Below are positions 18,754-28,798 of a stretch of DNA of 64,000 nt, piece after piece. The DNA lies in assembly GCA_037128175.1 (NCBI GenBank), contig JBAXWY010000010.1, forward strand, positions 1-64,000, read 5' to 3'. Both the position numbers and the translations under genes were made by a program. The notes below the pieces were generated by a model that searched no databases, was not told the origin of the DNA, and saw nothing but the letters and a program-made list of their open reading frames with translations. This DNA comes from Methanothrix sp. (GTDB taxonomy: Archaea > Halobacteriota > Methanosarcinia > Methanotrichales > Methanotrichaceae). Position 1 is the first letter of the stretch, and every line of letters begins with the position of its first letter.

Positions 18754-19471
18754 TGCAATAAGACTTTTTCGGGGTGGCGGTGATCATGGTTCGCCAGGTG
18801 ATATTGTCGAAATACAGAGCGTCAAACCACATCCAGTAAAAACGATTGGCATTTACGAAGGAGTAGCCGTCGCAGTAATCATCGTACCTATCATAAGGAT
18901 CTGCCAGAATCAAGACATCATCCCACGGATCACTGGCATTGCGATAGTCGTATCCGACAGCTATCGCCCAGTGTCCGCTGAGATCTATCCATTCCACCAA
19001 AGTTGGAATGCCTTGACGAATGTTGTCGCGTAGCCGCTGCAATGCAGTACTATCACCTTTGTCCTCAAACTCGATTTTCACATTAAAGCCATTCTTCTCA
19101 AGCCAGGCAACCATCTCTTGCGGTTTAGTCCCCGGCTGGGATGAATTCAAATCCCTTGTGCCTGATTCATTAGCGATTCGCATTTCTGTTTTTGCGTCTT
19201 CCTCAATGTTAGGCAATCCGTAGAATTTAGCCAGAGAAAGCAATGCGGCAGGGCCACAGGTATAGTCGGTCGTTTGCTGGTAGGCCGTCAAATTGGGGAC
19301 AAAATCAACGTTCTGAGTGGGCGAAAGGATCTTAGTGTCTATTTTTGGGAACCAAGCTATAGCGGTATCATTGAGATAAGAGGCGGCGCCCTTTGCCTCA
19401 TAAGAACTGGCACAAGAGAAAAGGAGAATTAAAACGAGAACCGTAAATGGAGCAAAGGTCAAATCCTTCAT
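18737..19471 (-). CDS. Secreted C39-like papain-fold peptidase
   Basis: Signal peptide; QQTTDYTCGPAA (Cys), GHWAIAVGYD (His), LADP (Asp). Confidence 0.8.
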   Translation of the reverse strand: MKDLTFAPFTVLVLILLFSCASSYEAKGAASYLNDTAIAWFPKIDTKILSPTQNVDFVPNLTAYQQTTDYTCGPAALLSLAKFYGLPNIEEDAKTEMRIANESGTRDLNSSQPGTKPQEMVAWLEKNGFNVKIEFEDKGDSTALQRLRDNIRQGIPTLVEWIDLSGHWAIAVGYDYRNASDPWDDVLILADPYDRYDDYCDGYSFVNANRFYWMWFDALYFDNITWRTMITATPKKSYCIKYTQ

Positions 19472-19592
19472 TTCGCTTTTCCTAATGCGTTTAGATAATA
19501 TAAAGTTTGTTCTGGCAGACACTCAATCTGACCGCTAAAACGAGAGGCCCATCCCAACAAATTTATGCTCATAGATACAGGAGATACATCAA

Positions 19593-21089
19593 ATGAATAC
19601 AAATTCAAATTCAAATCCGAAAACCACAGACACCCAGAACCGCACCACCCTGCAGAACATCGCCCGGCGAGTCATGCTTACCCGAGGACTGCTCCCCGAA
19701 TTTTCCACCCAGGCAGTCTCCGAGCTTGCCATGATTCAGGCCCCGGCAAAGGTAAGCCTGGCTACAAAGGCGCGTGACTTGAGAGACCTGCTCTGGGCTT
19801 CCATTGACAATGACGATTCTGAGGACCTTGACCAGCTCACATTTGCCGAAGCGATGCCTGAGGGAAAGACAAAGATCCTCGTCGCCGTGGCAGATGTGGA
19901 TGCTCTGGTCAAGAAAAATTCCGCCATTGACCAGGACGCACAGCACAACACCACCTCAATCTACACCGCCGCCCAGATATTTCCCATGCTGCCGGTGAAG
20001 CTGTCCACCAATCTCACCTCCCTGAATCTGAACGAGGACCGCCTGGCCATGGTAGTGGAGATGACCATTCTCCCGGACGGATCGCTGTTGGACTCGGACG
20101 TCTACCGAGCGGCAGTACATAATCATGCCAAGCTGGCCTACAATAGCGTGGGTGCCTGGCTGGAGGGAAAGACGCCCGTGCCAGAGGCTGTGGCAGCCAA
20201 AGAAGGGCTGGCCGAAAATCTGCTACTCCAGGATCAGGCTGCTCAGAAGATGAAGAGCCTTCGCCATGCTCAGGGCGCACTCAGCCTGGAGACCATTGAG
20301 GCCAAGTCGGTGTTTGAAGGCGACAAAATCAGCGATCTGCAGGTGGAGGAAAAGAACCGGGCCAAGGAGATCATCGAGGACTTCATGATTGCCGCCAACG
20401 GCGTGACGGTGCGCTACCTCTCCGCCCGAAATATCCCCTCCATCCGTCGCGTGGTGCGTATTCCCAAGAGATGGGATCGAATCGTGGAGATCGCCGCCCA
20501 GCATGCCTTCAAGCTTCCCAAGAATCCTAATGCCCGAAAGCTGGAGACGTTTCTTACCATGATGAAAGAGGCCGATCCGCTGCGCTTCCCGGATCTCTCT
20601 TTAGCCGTGATCAAGCTTCTGGGAAATGGCGAATACGTGGCGGAGCTGCCTGGTGAAGAAGCCACGGGACACTTTGGCCTGGCAGTCAAGGATTACACCC
20701 ATTCCACCGCCCCCAACCGCCGCTACACCGATCTGATCACGCAGCGCCTGCTCAAAGCCGCCATTGAAAAGAGACCCGTGCCCTACAGCCTGGACGAGCT
20801 GGATTCTCTGGCCGAAAATTGCACGAAAAAAGAGGATGAAGCCAACAAAGTGGAGCGGCAGGTGGGCAAATCAGCAGCCGCGCTTCTGCTCCAATCGAGA
20901 ATTGGAGAGAGGTTTGATGCCATGGTTACCGGGGCATCGGAGAAAGGCACCTGGGCCCGGCTTTTGGATATTCCCGTGGAAGGAATGATCAAGAGCGGAA
21001 GTAAAGGCCTTGACGTGGGAGACCAGATCATCGTAGAGCTGGTGTCTGTAGACGTGGAGCAGGGATTTATTGATTTCATGAAAATGTAG
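19593..21089 (+). CDS. RNB-domain exoribonuclease (RNase II/R family)
   Basis: SIDNDDSEDLDQ, IEDFMIAAN and YTHSTAPNRRYTDL; C-terminal S1-like domain. Confidence 0.9.
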   Translation: MNTNSNSNPKTTDTQNRTTLQNIARRVMLTRGLLPEFSTQAVSELAMIQAPAKVSLATKARDLRDLLWASIDNDDSEDLDQLTFAEAMPEGKTKILVAVADVDALVKKNSAIDQDAQHNTTSIYTAAQIFPMLPVKLSTNLTSLNLNEDRLAMVVEMTILPDGSLLDSDVYRAAVHNHAKLAYNSVGAWLEGKTPVPEAVAAKEGLAENLLLQDQAAQKMKSLRHAQGALSLETIEAKSVFEGDKISDLQVEEKNRAKEIIEDFMIAANGVTVRYLSARNIPSIRRVVRIPKRWDRIVEIAAQHAFKLPKNPNARKLETFLTMMKEADPLRFPDLSLAVIKLLGNGEYVAELPGEEATGHFGLAVKDYTHSTAPNRRYTDLITQRLLKAAIEKRPVPYSLDELDSLAENCTKKEDEANKVERQVGKSAAALLLQSRIGERFDAMVTGASEKGTWARLLDIPVEGMIKSGSKGLDVGDQIIVELVSVDVEQGFIDFMKM

Positions 21090-21129
21090 AATAATTCTCA
21101 TTAATATCTCAAGAAACGGGGGTTTACAT

Positions 21130-22203
21130 TTGAAGATCCATTCCAGGTTAGCCGTAACAGCTTTAATGATATTGATTTCGTGCATTTGGATTGGGGGCAA
21201 CGCCGCAGATGAAAACGCAGGAGGAAGCGCGCCCTTGCCTTCATCTCATATGATTGCCAATGTTCCCTGGCACCAGCAAATGAACGGCCTATTCTGCGGA
21301 GAAGGAGTTCTGGAAGGAGTATATGATTATTATGGGCCGGACATAAATCAAAAGGAGATCGCAGATGTGGCCAGGAGCTCTTCCGCGGGCACGTGGTCCT
21401 TTGATATGGTAAGAGCTGGCCACTTCAGCACCATGAGTTCCGCTCAGGGAAGATTCTTCCCGCCTGAGGCTCCCAGCGCCGGATATCCGGAAAGGGCTTT
21501 GGGTTATGCATCATTCCCCTATTCTTCTGATCAATTCTGGCTGGCGGAATTGAAGGGCCTTATTGCGGCTGATACGCCGGTAATCCTGCTCATGACGTTC
21601 GAGCCGAATGGCGGAGGCGGCCACTACCGGACGGCCATAGGATACGACGACGTAAAAGGCATCATTTACTTCAGCGATCCCTGGGGCAGGGACCAGAAAC
21701 ATCTGACCAACAATACAGGAATCACCGCCTGGACTTACCAGGAGCTGCAAAGCGGCTGGAACTACACAGCGGAAGGTGAATCTCATCCATATTGGGGAAT
21801 GGTGATGATGCCCTGGAATGTCTCTGTTAAGACCTCAGGATCATTAAAGCCGGGCTCAACGGCGACGGTTACGGCGGACGTTACTTACCCCTGCCCGATG
21901 CCATTTAACTCATCCTTGTATCCTGCCAAAGATGCTGTGGCCGTGATCGCATTGCCGGATGGTATGGGCCTCGATTCCACCGGTTCCAGGAAGACTCTGG
22001 GAGACATGAAAGCAGGATCGACTGCCCGAGCAACCTGGAAGGTGAAGATTGATGGGACGGTTAGCGGCAAGACGATAATGGTGCAGGCTCAGGGAAAGGT
22101 ATCCGGCCAGGTGCCGGAAGCGCATTGGACTGGGAACGGCGTATCATATCCGCCCTACAGCTATACAGATGCCATCGGAGGGAATGGATCGGTTAAACTG
22201 TAA
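21130..22203 (+). CDS. Secreted C39-like peptidase with an Ig-like C-terminal domain
   Basis: Signal peptide; VPWHQQMNGLFCG, GHYRTAIGYD and FSDPWG. Confidence 0.75.
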   Translation: MKIHSRLAVTALMILISCIWIGGNAADENAGGSAPLPSSHMIANVPWHQQMNGLFCGEGVLEGVYDYYGPDINQKEIADVARSSSAGTWSFDMVRAGHFSTMSSAQGRFFPPEAPSAGYPERALGYASFPYSSDQFWLAELKGLIAADTPVILLMTFEPNGGGGHYRTAIGYDDVKGIIYFSDPWGRDQKHLTNNTGITAWTYQELQSGWNYTAEGESHPYWGMVMMPWNVSVKTSGSLKPGSTATVTADVTYPCPMPFNSSLYPAKDAVAVIALPDGMGLDSTGSRKTLGDMKAGSTARATWKVKIDGTVSGKTIMVQAQGKVSGQVPEAHWTGNGVSYPPYSYTDAIGGNGSVKL

Positions 22204-22281
22204 TTGAGGGCTCCTTTTTTCTTTCCTTTTTCATAACCATGAATATTGCATTTTCTCCCGCATGCGCTGCCTTTTACAAAT

Positions 22282-22731
22282 CTATTTTATCTCATCAGTT
22301 CCACATAATAATTCCATACGGTTTATGAAACACTCTGCAAGATGCAGCCATGATCTCACTTCCTCTTCTGTGGGCTTGACCTGGAATGAGTACTGATCAG
22401 CATGGCGAACACTTCTAATTCTGTCAAAGAGCATCGGCCATTCTTCTTCAAGATCGTCTTTCTCCACATAGGTTTGCAGATAGAGACCTATGCAGTAGTG
22501 ACTCTTTTCTCGCACTCCATCCCGAAAGAGAACAGCGCGAGCGGAATGGAAGACTGCCAAGTATGCCGATGATAAGGCGGATCGATAGGCTTCAGCCTTT
22601 AAATTCGCTTCCGCCTCACAGAGCCAGTCCCTGGCCAGACGCAGAGATTGCTGGCTCTTTATCCGAGAAGGCTCCACCTTTCGCAAAAGACCTCGCTCAA
22701 AGCATTCATCGATAGTCTTCAAGAGGCTCAC
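22282..22731 (-). CDS. HEPN-domain protein (toxin of a HEPN-MNT pair)
   Basis: AYLAVFHSARAVL, EKSH and RHADQY. Confidence 0.85.
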   Translation of the reverse strand: MSLLKTIDECFERGLLRKVEPSRIKSQQSLRLARDWLCEAEANLKAEAYRSALSSAYLAVFHSARAVLFRDGVREKSHYCIGLYLQTYVEKDDLEEEWPMLFDRIRSVRHADQYSFQVKPTEEEVRSWLHLAECFINRMELLCGTDEIK

Positions 22732-23248
22732 CTTTTATTGTCACAGAGTCCATGATCATCGAGTTATAAAAGGGAGGATCATATATTTTTAACTCTGCCA
22801 GCTTTTGGTGAGTTATCACGAGCAGATTGACTTCGGTCCCTGCCCGCAGGCTCAAGTCCCTCTGCAACCTGGCCAGCGTGCTCTCCTCGGGCAGGCTATC
22901 TGCACTTACCCAAACATCCAGGTCGCTGTCCAGGTGGTTTGTCCCCCGTGCCCAGCTTCCATAAAGGCCCAGGCCCTGAAAAGAGCCTGTGATCAATGTG
23001 GAAAGGTCCAGCTTTTCCAGGTTGAGAAGAAGCCTGACAGCGCGAGGCAGAGCGCCATCCAATAGGGCATATTTGCGACCCGCTCTTTGCAGCAGCCGCA
23101 GCTCTTCCAGAAGTCGGAGATAGCGAGAGACTAGACCCTTGTTAACCCCTGTAACTACAGAAACCTCAGAGACGGAAAAGGGGCTACGAAACATCACATA
23201 ACGCAAGATTTTCGCTCGCTCTTTGGTCTTGAAAAGATCAGTGAGCAT
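22706..23248 (-). CDS. wHTH - minimal nucleotidyltransferase (MNT antitoxin)
   Basis: N-terminal HTH; LYGSWARG..DSDLDVWV; overlaps the HEPN gene. Confidence 0.85.
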   Translation of the reverse strand: MLTDLFKTKERAKILRYVMFRSPFSVSEVSVVTGVNKGLVSRYLRLLEELRLLQRAGRKYALLDGALPRAVRLLLNLEKLDLSTLITGSFQGLGLYGSWARGTNHLDSDLDVWVSADSLPEESTLARLQRDLSLRAGTEVNLLVITHQKLAELKIYDPPFYNSMIMDSVTIKGEPLEDYR

Positions 23249-23260
23249 GCAAGAGAGATA

Positions 23261-23323
23261 TGTTTACATGCTATAAACATTTTGTTTACAGGCAGACAAC
23301 GATTTGTTTATAGGGCGGAAACA
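23261..23323. promoter_or_regulatory. Three TGTTTA-N-(TA/CAG/GGA)ACA-type operator-like sites upstream of MNT
   Basis: TGTTTA-CATGCTA-TAAACA (23261-23279); degenerate copies start at 23283 and 23305. Confidence 0.5.
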
Positions 23324-23339
23324 TTCACCTGCATAAATA

Positions 23340-25292
23340 TCATCCACACCCCATCGGCTGCTGCTGGCTGATGCAGTGCACCGTCCCTAGCCCGTGCACC
23401 ATCTCCCGGCAGTTGATGCCCAAGACCCGCCGCTCCGGGAATGCCTCCCCAATTATCTTCAGTGCCACACTGTCATTCTTGTGCCCGAAGACCGGCACCA
23501 TAACCACATCGTTGCCGATGTAGAAGTTGGCGTAGCTAGCGGGCAGCCGCTCCTCCGCGCCCACGCGTCCGGGCATGGGCAGCTTGATCACCGTCAGGGG
23601 GAGACCATCCTGGTCCGTCTCCCGGCTGAGCAGCTCGTAGTTCTGCTTGAGCGGTAAGAAGTTTTCATCATCGGGATCGTCCTCGTAGGCGCATAGAACT
23701 GTGGTCGGATTCACGAACCTGGCAATGTCGTCCACGTGCCCGTCTGTGTCGTCCCCAGCGATGCCCTCTTTCAGCCAGATGACCTTCTGCACACCCAGGA
23801 ATTCCCGGAGATATCCTTCGATCTCCTCTTTATTCAAGGATGGATTTCGATTCCTGTTGAGCAGGCACTGCTCCGTGGTCAGCACAGTTCCGCAGCCGTT
23901 CACATCGATGGAGCCGCCCTCCATGACGATGCCCGGCCAAAAGCACTCCATCTTGAGATCATTGTTGATGAGGCTACCAATCCTTGCGTCTGCCATCAGC
24001 TCCTCATACTTCTCGCCCCAGGCGTTGAAGATCCAGTTAACGGCCGCGACTCCTTTTCCTGCCTCATTCTCACGGACCACAAAGGTGGGGCCGTAGTCCC
24101 GGAACCACACGTCCGCATAGTTTAACAGATGGAAGTGAACCCGGCATAGATCGACCTTCTCATTTTTCAGCAGGTCCACCACGGCATAAAGCAGCATCTC
24201 GTCATTGACCAGCAGGTTGACAATCTCGCTCTGGTGAATGGCTTTGATGATGGACAGGTAGGCCTTCTCCACGGCCTCGATCTCCGGGAAGCTGTTTAGA
24301 TCGTAAGGCCAGGAGAGCCAGATGGCCTCGTGGCGCTCCCACTCCGCAGGCATGTGGTAGCCTAAAGAACGTGGTGTGTCCTTGAGGCTGAGCCCTGCCT
24401 CCTCCTTTTTCCCGGGCTTCGGCTTATCCCCCTCCTGCACCATCTCGATGAGCGGCCAGTAGACATCCGGGCGTCGATTGCGGAAGAAGCCCCAGCCCTC
24501 TCGCACCTCTTCGTTGTGGCCCAGATCAAGCTCCACCACCAGCACCTCTTCCGCGCTGCTGCTTGCCAGGCCCAGGATTTTGCCAAAGCAGTCGCAGACA
24601 AAGGAGCTGCCCCAAAATACGAGATCCTTCTCCCGGCCCACCCTGTTGGCCGCAGCCACACAGACGCTGTTGGCAATGGCGTGGCTCCTTTGCACCGTCT
24701 CCCAGGCATCGTGCCAATCCCCCTCGACCGGGTCCTCCTCGCCTTTTACCCAGCCGATAGCAGTGGGATAGAAGATGATCTCTGCGCCAGCCAGGGCGGC
24801 AACGCGCGCAGCCTCCGGGAACCACTGGTCGTAGCAGATGAGCGCCGCAAATTTGGCATAGCGGGTATCGTAAACCCGGATCTCCTCGCCGGGGGTAAAG
24901 TAGCTCTTCTCGTAAAAGAGAGGATCATGGGGAATATGCACCTTTCTATAGGTGGGAAGAAGGCTGCCGTCCGCGTCAATTACGGCCACAGAGTTGTAGA
25001 AGCCGACTTCATCTCGCTCGAAGACAGGTACTATTACTACTATCTGCAGTTCTCTGGCCAGCGCAGAAAAGGCCTCAGTGGACGGGCCGGGAATGGCCTC
25101 CGCCAGGGCTGCAGCATCTTTTTGATCCCACTGAGGAAAGTAGCGCGTGCGGAAAAGCTCCTGCAGGCAGACGATCTTTGCGCCTTGGCTTGCTGCCTCT
25201 TTTACCTTTTCCATAGTTCTCAACAGATTGAGATCGAGATCCTCGGAGACAGAGGTTTGAATCAATGCGACTGTAACTTTTTTCTCTGGCAT
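23340..25292 (-). CDS. Fused N-carbamoylputrescine amidase (nitrilase fold) and agmatine deiminase
   Basis: N-half has the CLQELF, YRKVHIP and ICYDQWFPE triad. C-half has MPAEWE, WFRDYGP, EGGSID, DTDGHVD and GTVHCISQQQP. Confidence 0.9.
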   Translation of the reverse strand: MPEKKVTVALIQTSVSEDLDLNLLRTMEKVKEAASQGAKIVCLQELFRTRYFPQWDQKDAAALAEAIPGPSTEAFSALARELQIVVIVPVFERDEVGFYNSVAVIDADGSLLPTYRKVHIPHDPLFYEKSYFTPGEEIRVYDTRYAKFAALICYDQWFPEAARVAALAGAEIIFYPTAIGWVKGEEDPVEGDWHDAWETVQRSHAIANSVCVAAANRVGREKDLVFWGSSFVCDCFGKILGLASSSAEEVLVVELDLGHNEEVREGWGFFRNRRPDVYWPLIEMVQEGDKPKPGKKEEAGLSLKDTPRSLGYHMPAEWERHEAIWLSWPYDLNSFPEIEAVEKAYLSIIKAIHQSEIVNLLVNDEMLLYAVVDLLKNEKVDLCRVHFHLLNYADVWFRDYGPTFVVRENEAGKGVAAVNWIFNAWGEKYEELMADARIGSLINNDLKMECFWPGIVMEGGSIDVNGCGTVLTTEQCLLNRNRNPSLNKEEIEGYLREFLGVQKVIWLKEGIAGDDTDGHVDDIARFVNPTTVLCAYEDDPDDENFLPLKQNYELLSRETDQDGLPLTVIKLPMPGRVGAEERLPASYANFYIGNDVVMVPVFGHKNDSVALKIIGEAFPERRVLGINCREMVHGLGTVHCISQQQPMGCG

Positions 25293-25350
25293 GCGCTTAC
25301 CCCTAAATTAAATGCGCTGCTTGCTTAACTATTTAGCGGGTTTTAGTTTC

Positions 25351-26079
25351 TCACAATGGCTTTCTGCCGGCCATCAAGGCAATACAAAGGTACTGCCAGA
25401 ACACATTGACCTGCACAAATCCCGCCTGCCTCCACCACTCTTCCTTCTCGGCCTTGCTGCAATAGTAGTGCGTCTCCTTCTCGTTCCGCAGCCGGGCCAC
25501 GAATTCGGAGAGCTCTGGATCGACGGCTTTGCGCCGCTCCTCCATCTCCTGGAAGAACCTCTCTTGCATATCGCTTCCTTCCTCGACGTAGCCCTCCGCT
25601 GCCAGGAGCCAGCCGCCCGGCTTGAGCAGACGGTAGCATTTGGCAATGGCCTCTTTGTAGCGATCGAAGGGCAGATGCTCTAAAACCAGTGTGGAGACTA
25701 CGGCGTCATACCCTTCGCCCACCAGGTCTTCGCCCTCTATGCCATCGTCCCAATCACTTCTCGCAAGGTCCGCCACCCTGCAGCCCAGGATCGCCACCGA
25801 GTGGGCGCACGAGATCTTCTCCGCAGCTACCTTGACCATTCTTCCCGAGCCGTCGATGAGAAAGATCCTGGCCGAAGGAATCTTTCGCAAAATAGCCAGG
25901 GAGGCATTGCCTGTTCCGCAGCCCAGATCGATGAGCTTCGCCTCTTCTGGCAGATAGCGCCGGCAAGCCTCGGCCACGAGGTCGAGCATCTCCTGATAAC
26001 CGGGAACCACGGCCGACTGGTAGAGGTCATAATCCTTGGCGTGCCGGTCGTAGCATGAGACAGTTGAGTCCTCATCCAT
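25351..26079 (-). CDS. Class I SAM-dependent methyltransferase
   Basis: IDLGCGTG motif I; YDAVVSTLVLEHL; LKPGGWL. Confidence 0.85.
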   Translation of the reverse strand: MDEDSTVSCYDRHAKDYDLYQSAVVPGYQEMLDLVAEACRRYLPEEAKLIDLGCGTGNASLAILRKIPSARIFLIDGSGRMVKVAAEKISCAHSVAILGCRVADLARSDWDDGIEGEDLVGEGYDAVVSTLVLEHLPFDRYKEAIAKCYRLLKPGGWLLAAEGYVEEGSDMQERFFQEMEERRKAVDPELSEFVARLRNEKETHYYCSKAEKEEWWRQAGFVQVNVFWQYLCIALMAGRKPL

Positions 26080-26351
26080 CGTTTTTTTGTCTGTTTTTAT
26101 CATTATAACTATCACCACAGAGGCACAGAGCGTACAGAGACGAATTTTGGAAACCTGGTTTCAAAATCGTCCATTTCGTTCCATACTGGAGAGAACATCT
26201 TTCGGCCTAAGTCTAGTTAACCCTTCAAATACACCATTAAGCATTTTTATGTGTTTTCCGATATTTTATAACATAATGAAAAAATTTAAATCCTTAAAAT
26301 AACTCAGTACTAAAAATAGGTGCATTGAAAAAATTATTTAGGAGGATATGA

Positions 26352-27212
26352 ATGTCGTTTACTCTGATCAAAGGAACCTTCCACGTGCTCGGCTACAGTC
26401 CTGATGGCGATTCGATTAGATTCAAGGCCAAAGACTCCACTCTTTGGAAGAAACTCTCCGGCCCGGCTGTGGAACTGAATGCGCGCGGCCATGCACAACT
26501 GCGCATCGAGGCCGTCGATGCTCTGGAAACGCACTACCAGGGCGTCTGCCAGCCACAGCAGCCCGCCCAGGCCGCCACCAGCTACCTTCTCTCTCAACTG
26601 GGAATTAATGAGGTAGTCTGGGATGAAACGCACAGCACTGTGATCAAAGCCCAGGACGGAACGGATGGGTTCATCCTGGCCCGCAGCACTGAGAGCTACC
26701 GCCGCCCGGTAGCCTTCGTCTTCGCCGGTAATACCGAGGAGAGAGACGGAGCAGAGATCACCCTGAATGAGTCGATTCTCAAAGAGAGCTATAACTACCA
26801 TCTCCTTGCCCAGGGCCTCGCCTATCCCATGTACTATAACGGCCTCTTCTCAGATCTGCGACTTCCTTTGACACAGGCCGTGACAAACGCCCGAGCGGAA
26901 GGAAAGGGACTCTGGCCAAATGACAGGACCACGCGGGGATTTTCCGTATCCAGCCTGACGGCCATCACAGAAGAGGTGGCCATCCTGCCCAAGCTCTTCC
27001 GCCGCATTGTGGATTACATGGGAGAAGGCGGCAGGATTGATGGCTTTAAAGAGCACCTCCAGAAAGGGTGCGAGCCCTTAGTTCGGATACAGCAGGTCCA
27101 CTTCACGAGGCTCGATGCCGTTGTTGATGTGCGGGGAGAAAAGGTGAGGCTGGCAGAATTGCCCGAGAATCTGATATTCATGGACAAGGTGCTGTGCAAG
27201 AAGACAGATTAA
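26352..27212 (+). CDS. Thermonuclease (SNase-like) family protein
   Basis: PDGDSIRF, LRIEAVDALE, YRRPVAFV and NARAEGKGLW. Confidence 0.65.
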   Translation: MSFTLIKGTFHVLGYSPDGDSIRFKAKDSTLWKKLSGPAVELNARGHAQLRIEAVDALETHYQGVCQPQQPAQAATSYLLSQLGINEVVWDETHSTVIKAQDGTDGFILARSTESYRRPVAFVFAGNTEERDGAEITLNESILKESYNYHLLAQGLAYPMYYNGLFSDLRLPLTQAVTNARAEGKGLWPNDRTTRGFSVSSLTAITEEVAILPKLFRRIVDYMGEGGRIDGFKEHLQKGCEPLVRIQQVHFTRLDAVVDVRGEKVRLAELPENLIFMDKVLCKKTD

Positions 27213-27263
27213 TAATTCAGAATAAGTTTAACTATTTATCCCAAGAAAGCCCATGTACTTCTC

Positions 27264-27680
27264 ATGCCCATCCTTCGCGAAGATTTGGACCTCAAAGAGG
27301 CCCTGACAAGCTGCCGCACCATCTGCGTGGTCGGCATCTCCCCCGATCCCTACAAGCCCAGCTACTTCGTCTCCGATGTCCTGCAAAGCCACGGCTTCAA
27401 GCTCTATCTCGTCAATCCCAATTATGCCGGCAAAATCATTCTGGGCGAGAAGGTCTACGCCTCCATGCAGGACATACCGGATGAGATCGATATTGTCAAC
27501 GTTTTTCGCAGGCCCTCTGCCGTGCCCGCCTTGGCCGAGGAGGCCAAGAAGAAAGGCTTCAAGGTCTTCTGGATGCAGCCGGGCACAGAAAGCCCGGAGG
27601 CCATAAAGAAGCTGGATAAAGAAGGATACAAGGTGGTAGCTGGAAGATGCGCCAAAATAGAATCCAGCAGGCTGCTATAA
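27264..27680 (+). CDS. CoA-binding protein (YccU-like)
   Basis: VVGISP..KPS, LVNP, DIVNVFRR and WMQPG. Confidence 0.85.
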   Translation: MPILREDLDLKEALTSCRTICVVGISPDPYKPSYFVSDVLQSHGFKLYLVNPNYAGKIILGEKVYASMQDIPDEIDIVNVFRRPSAVPALAEEAKKKGFKVFWMQPGTESPEAIKKLDKEGYKVVAGRCAKIESSRLL

Positions 27681-27695
27681 ATTTTTTAAATCTAA

Positions 27696-28310
27696 TCAAA
27701 TAGTTATCATGAAGCTATAATTCTTGGCCACCAGGACCTTGTTCAGTATCGTCTCCAGAGACTGACATAGCTTCTCACGACGTTGTTGGTCGGTGTTGAT
27801 ATCCGGCTGGTGGAAGATATAGACCAGGGAAGTACTGAGAAACAGAACCGTCTCAGTGGGATTTTCAATATTGAAACGACCATTAGCATTTCCTTTGGCC
27901 ACTAACTCGGATAAAATAGGAACTATTCGCTCCACAGTTGCCTTTTCCAGCTTGGCATGCATTACAGCATTTATGTCTTGATGGAGAAAGTCTATGAAGT
28001 CATTCCTTTGGGAAACGAACCCGAGAATTCCATTAATTGCGGCATTGAGCCTGGTTGCCTCATCGACCCTTTCATCTTCGGTGAGCAGGATAACATTCTG
28101 CTCCAAGACGGCAATGCTCTTCTCCACAACAGCTTCCAATATATCCTCTTTAGAGCGAAAGTAGTAGTAGAGAGTTCCCTGGGCAATATTTAGCTCTTTG
28201 ACAATGTCGCTAATTGCTGTATGCTCATATCCCTTTTCCATGAAGAGACGCTCAGCCGTATTAATCAATTCTCGTCTTCTTTCTTCGGGTACTTTTGTAA
28301 TTCTTTTCAT
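27696..28310 (-). CDS. TetR-family transcriptional regulator
   Basis: LFMEKGYEHTAISDI..IAQGTLYYYFRSKE. Confidence 0.9.
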   Translation of the reverse strand: MKRITKVPEERRRELINTAERLFMEKGYEHTAISDIVKELNIAQGTLYYYFRSKEDILEAVVEKSIAVLEQNVILLTEDERVDEATRLNAAINGILGFVSQRNDFIDFLHQDINAVMHAKLEKATVERIVPILSELVAKGNANGRFNIENPTETVLFLSTSLVYIFHQPDINTDQQRREKLCQSLETILNKVLVAKNYSFMITI

Positions 28311-28337
28311 CGTCCTCAGTACTCTATCCGGTCCCGA

Positions 28338-28793
28338 CTATTCTTGTTCCTTTTTTGCAGGCACCACTAGAACCGGCACATGGGAGTGGCGCACTACTTT
28401 CTCGGCAACGCTTCCCAAGAGGAACCGTTTCAGGCCGCTCTTTCCGATGGTGCCAAGCACTATCAGGTCAAAACCCGGATTGCGGCAGAGCTTGAGCAGC
28501 TCCTCACCCGGATCACCCTCAGCTACCACTCTTTCATAAGCAACTCCTGCATCACGGGACATATCCTCAATTTCCTCCAATGCCTCGTCGCCTTCCTTGA
28601 ACATGAGTTCCATCAGATTGTCTTTAATACCGGGCATTGCCGCATAACCGGGAAGCTGAGCCAATCTATGCACATCGACAACGTAGACTGCCGTTACCGT
28701 GGCACCTGATTTTTTCCCGATATCTAAGGCCATCTTCGCAGCACGCATGCTGGTCTCCGATCCATCCGTGGCTAACAATATCTTTTTTTGCAT
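28338..28793 (-). CDS. Universal stress protein
   Basis: KILLATDGS; DLIVLGT.G..LLGSVAEKVVRHS. Confidence 0.9.
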   Translation of the reverse strand: MQKKILLATDGSETSMRAAKMALDIGKKSGATVTAVYVVDVHRLAQLPGYAAMPGIKDNLMELMFKEGDEALEEIEDMSRDAGVAYERVVAEGDPGEELLKLCRNPGFDLIVLGTIGKSGLKRFLLGSVAEKVVRHSHVPVLVVPAKKEQE

Positions 28794-28798
28794 AAGAA

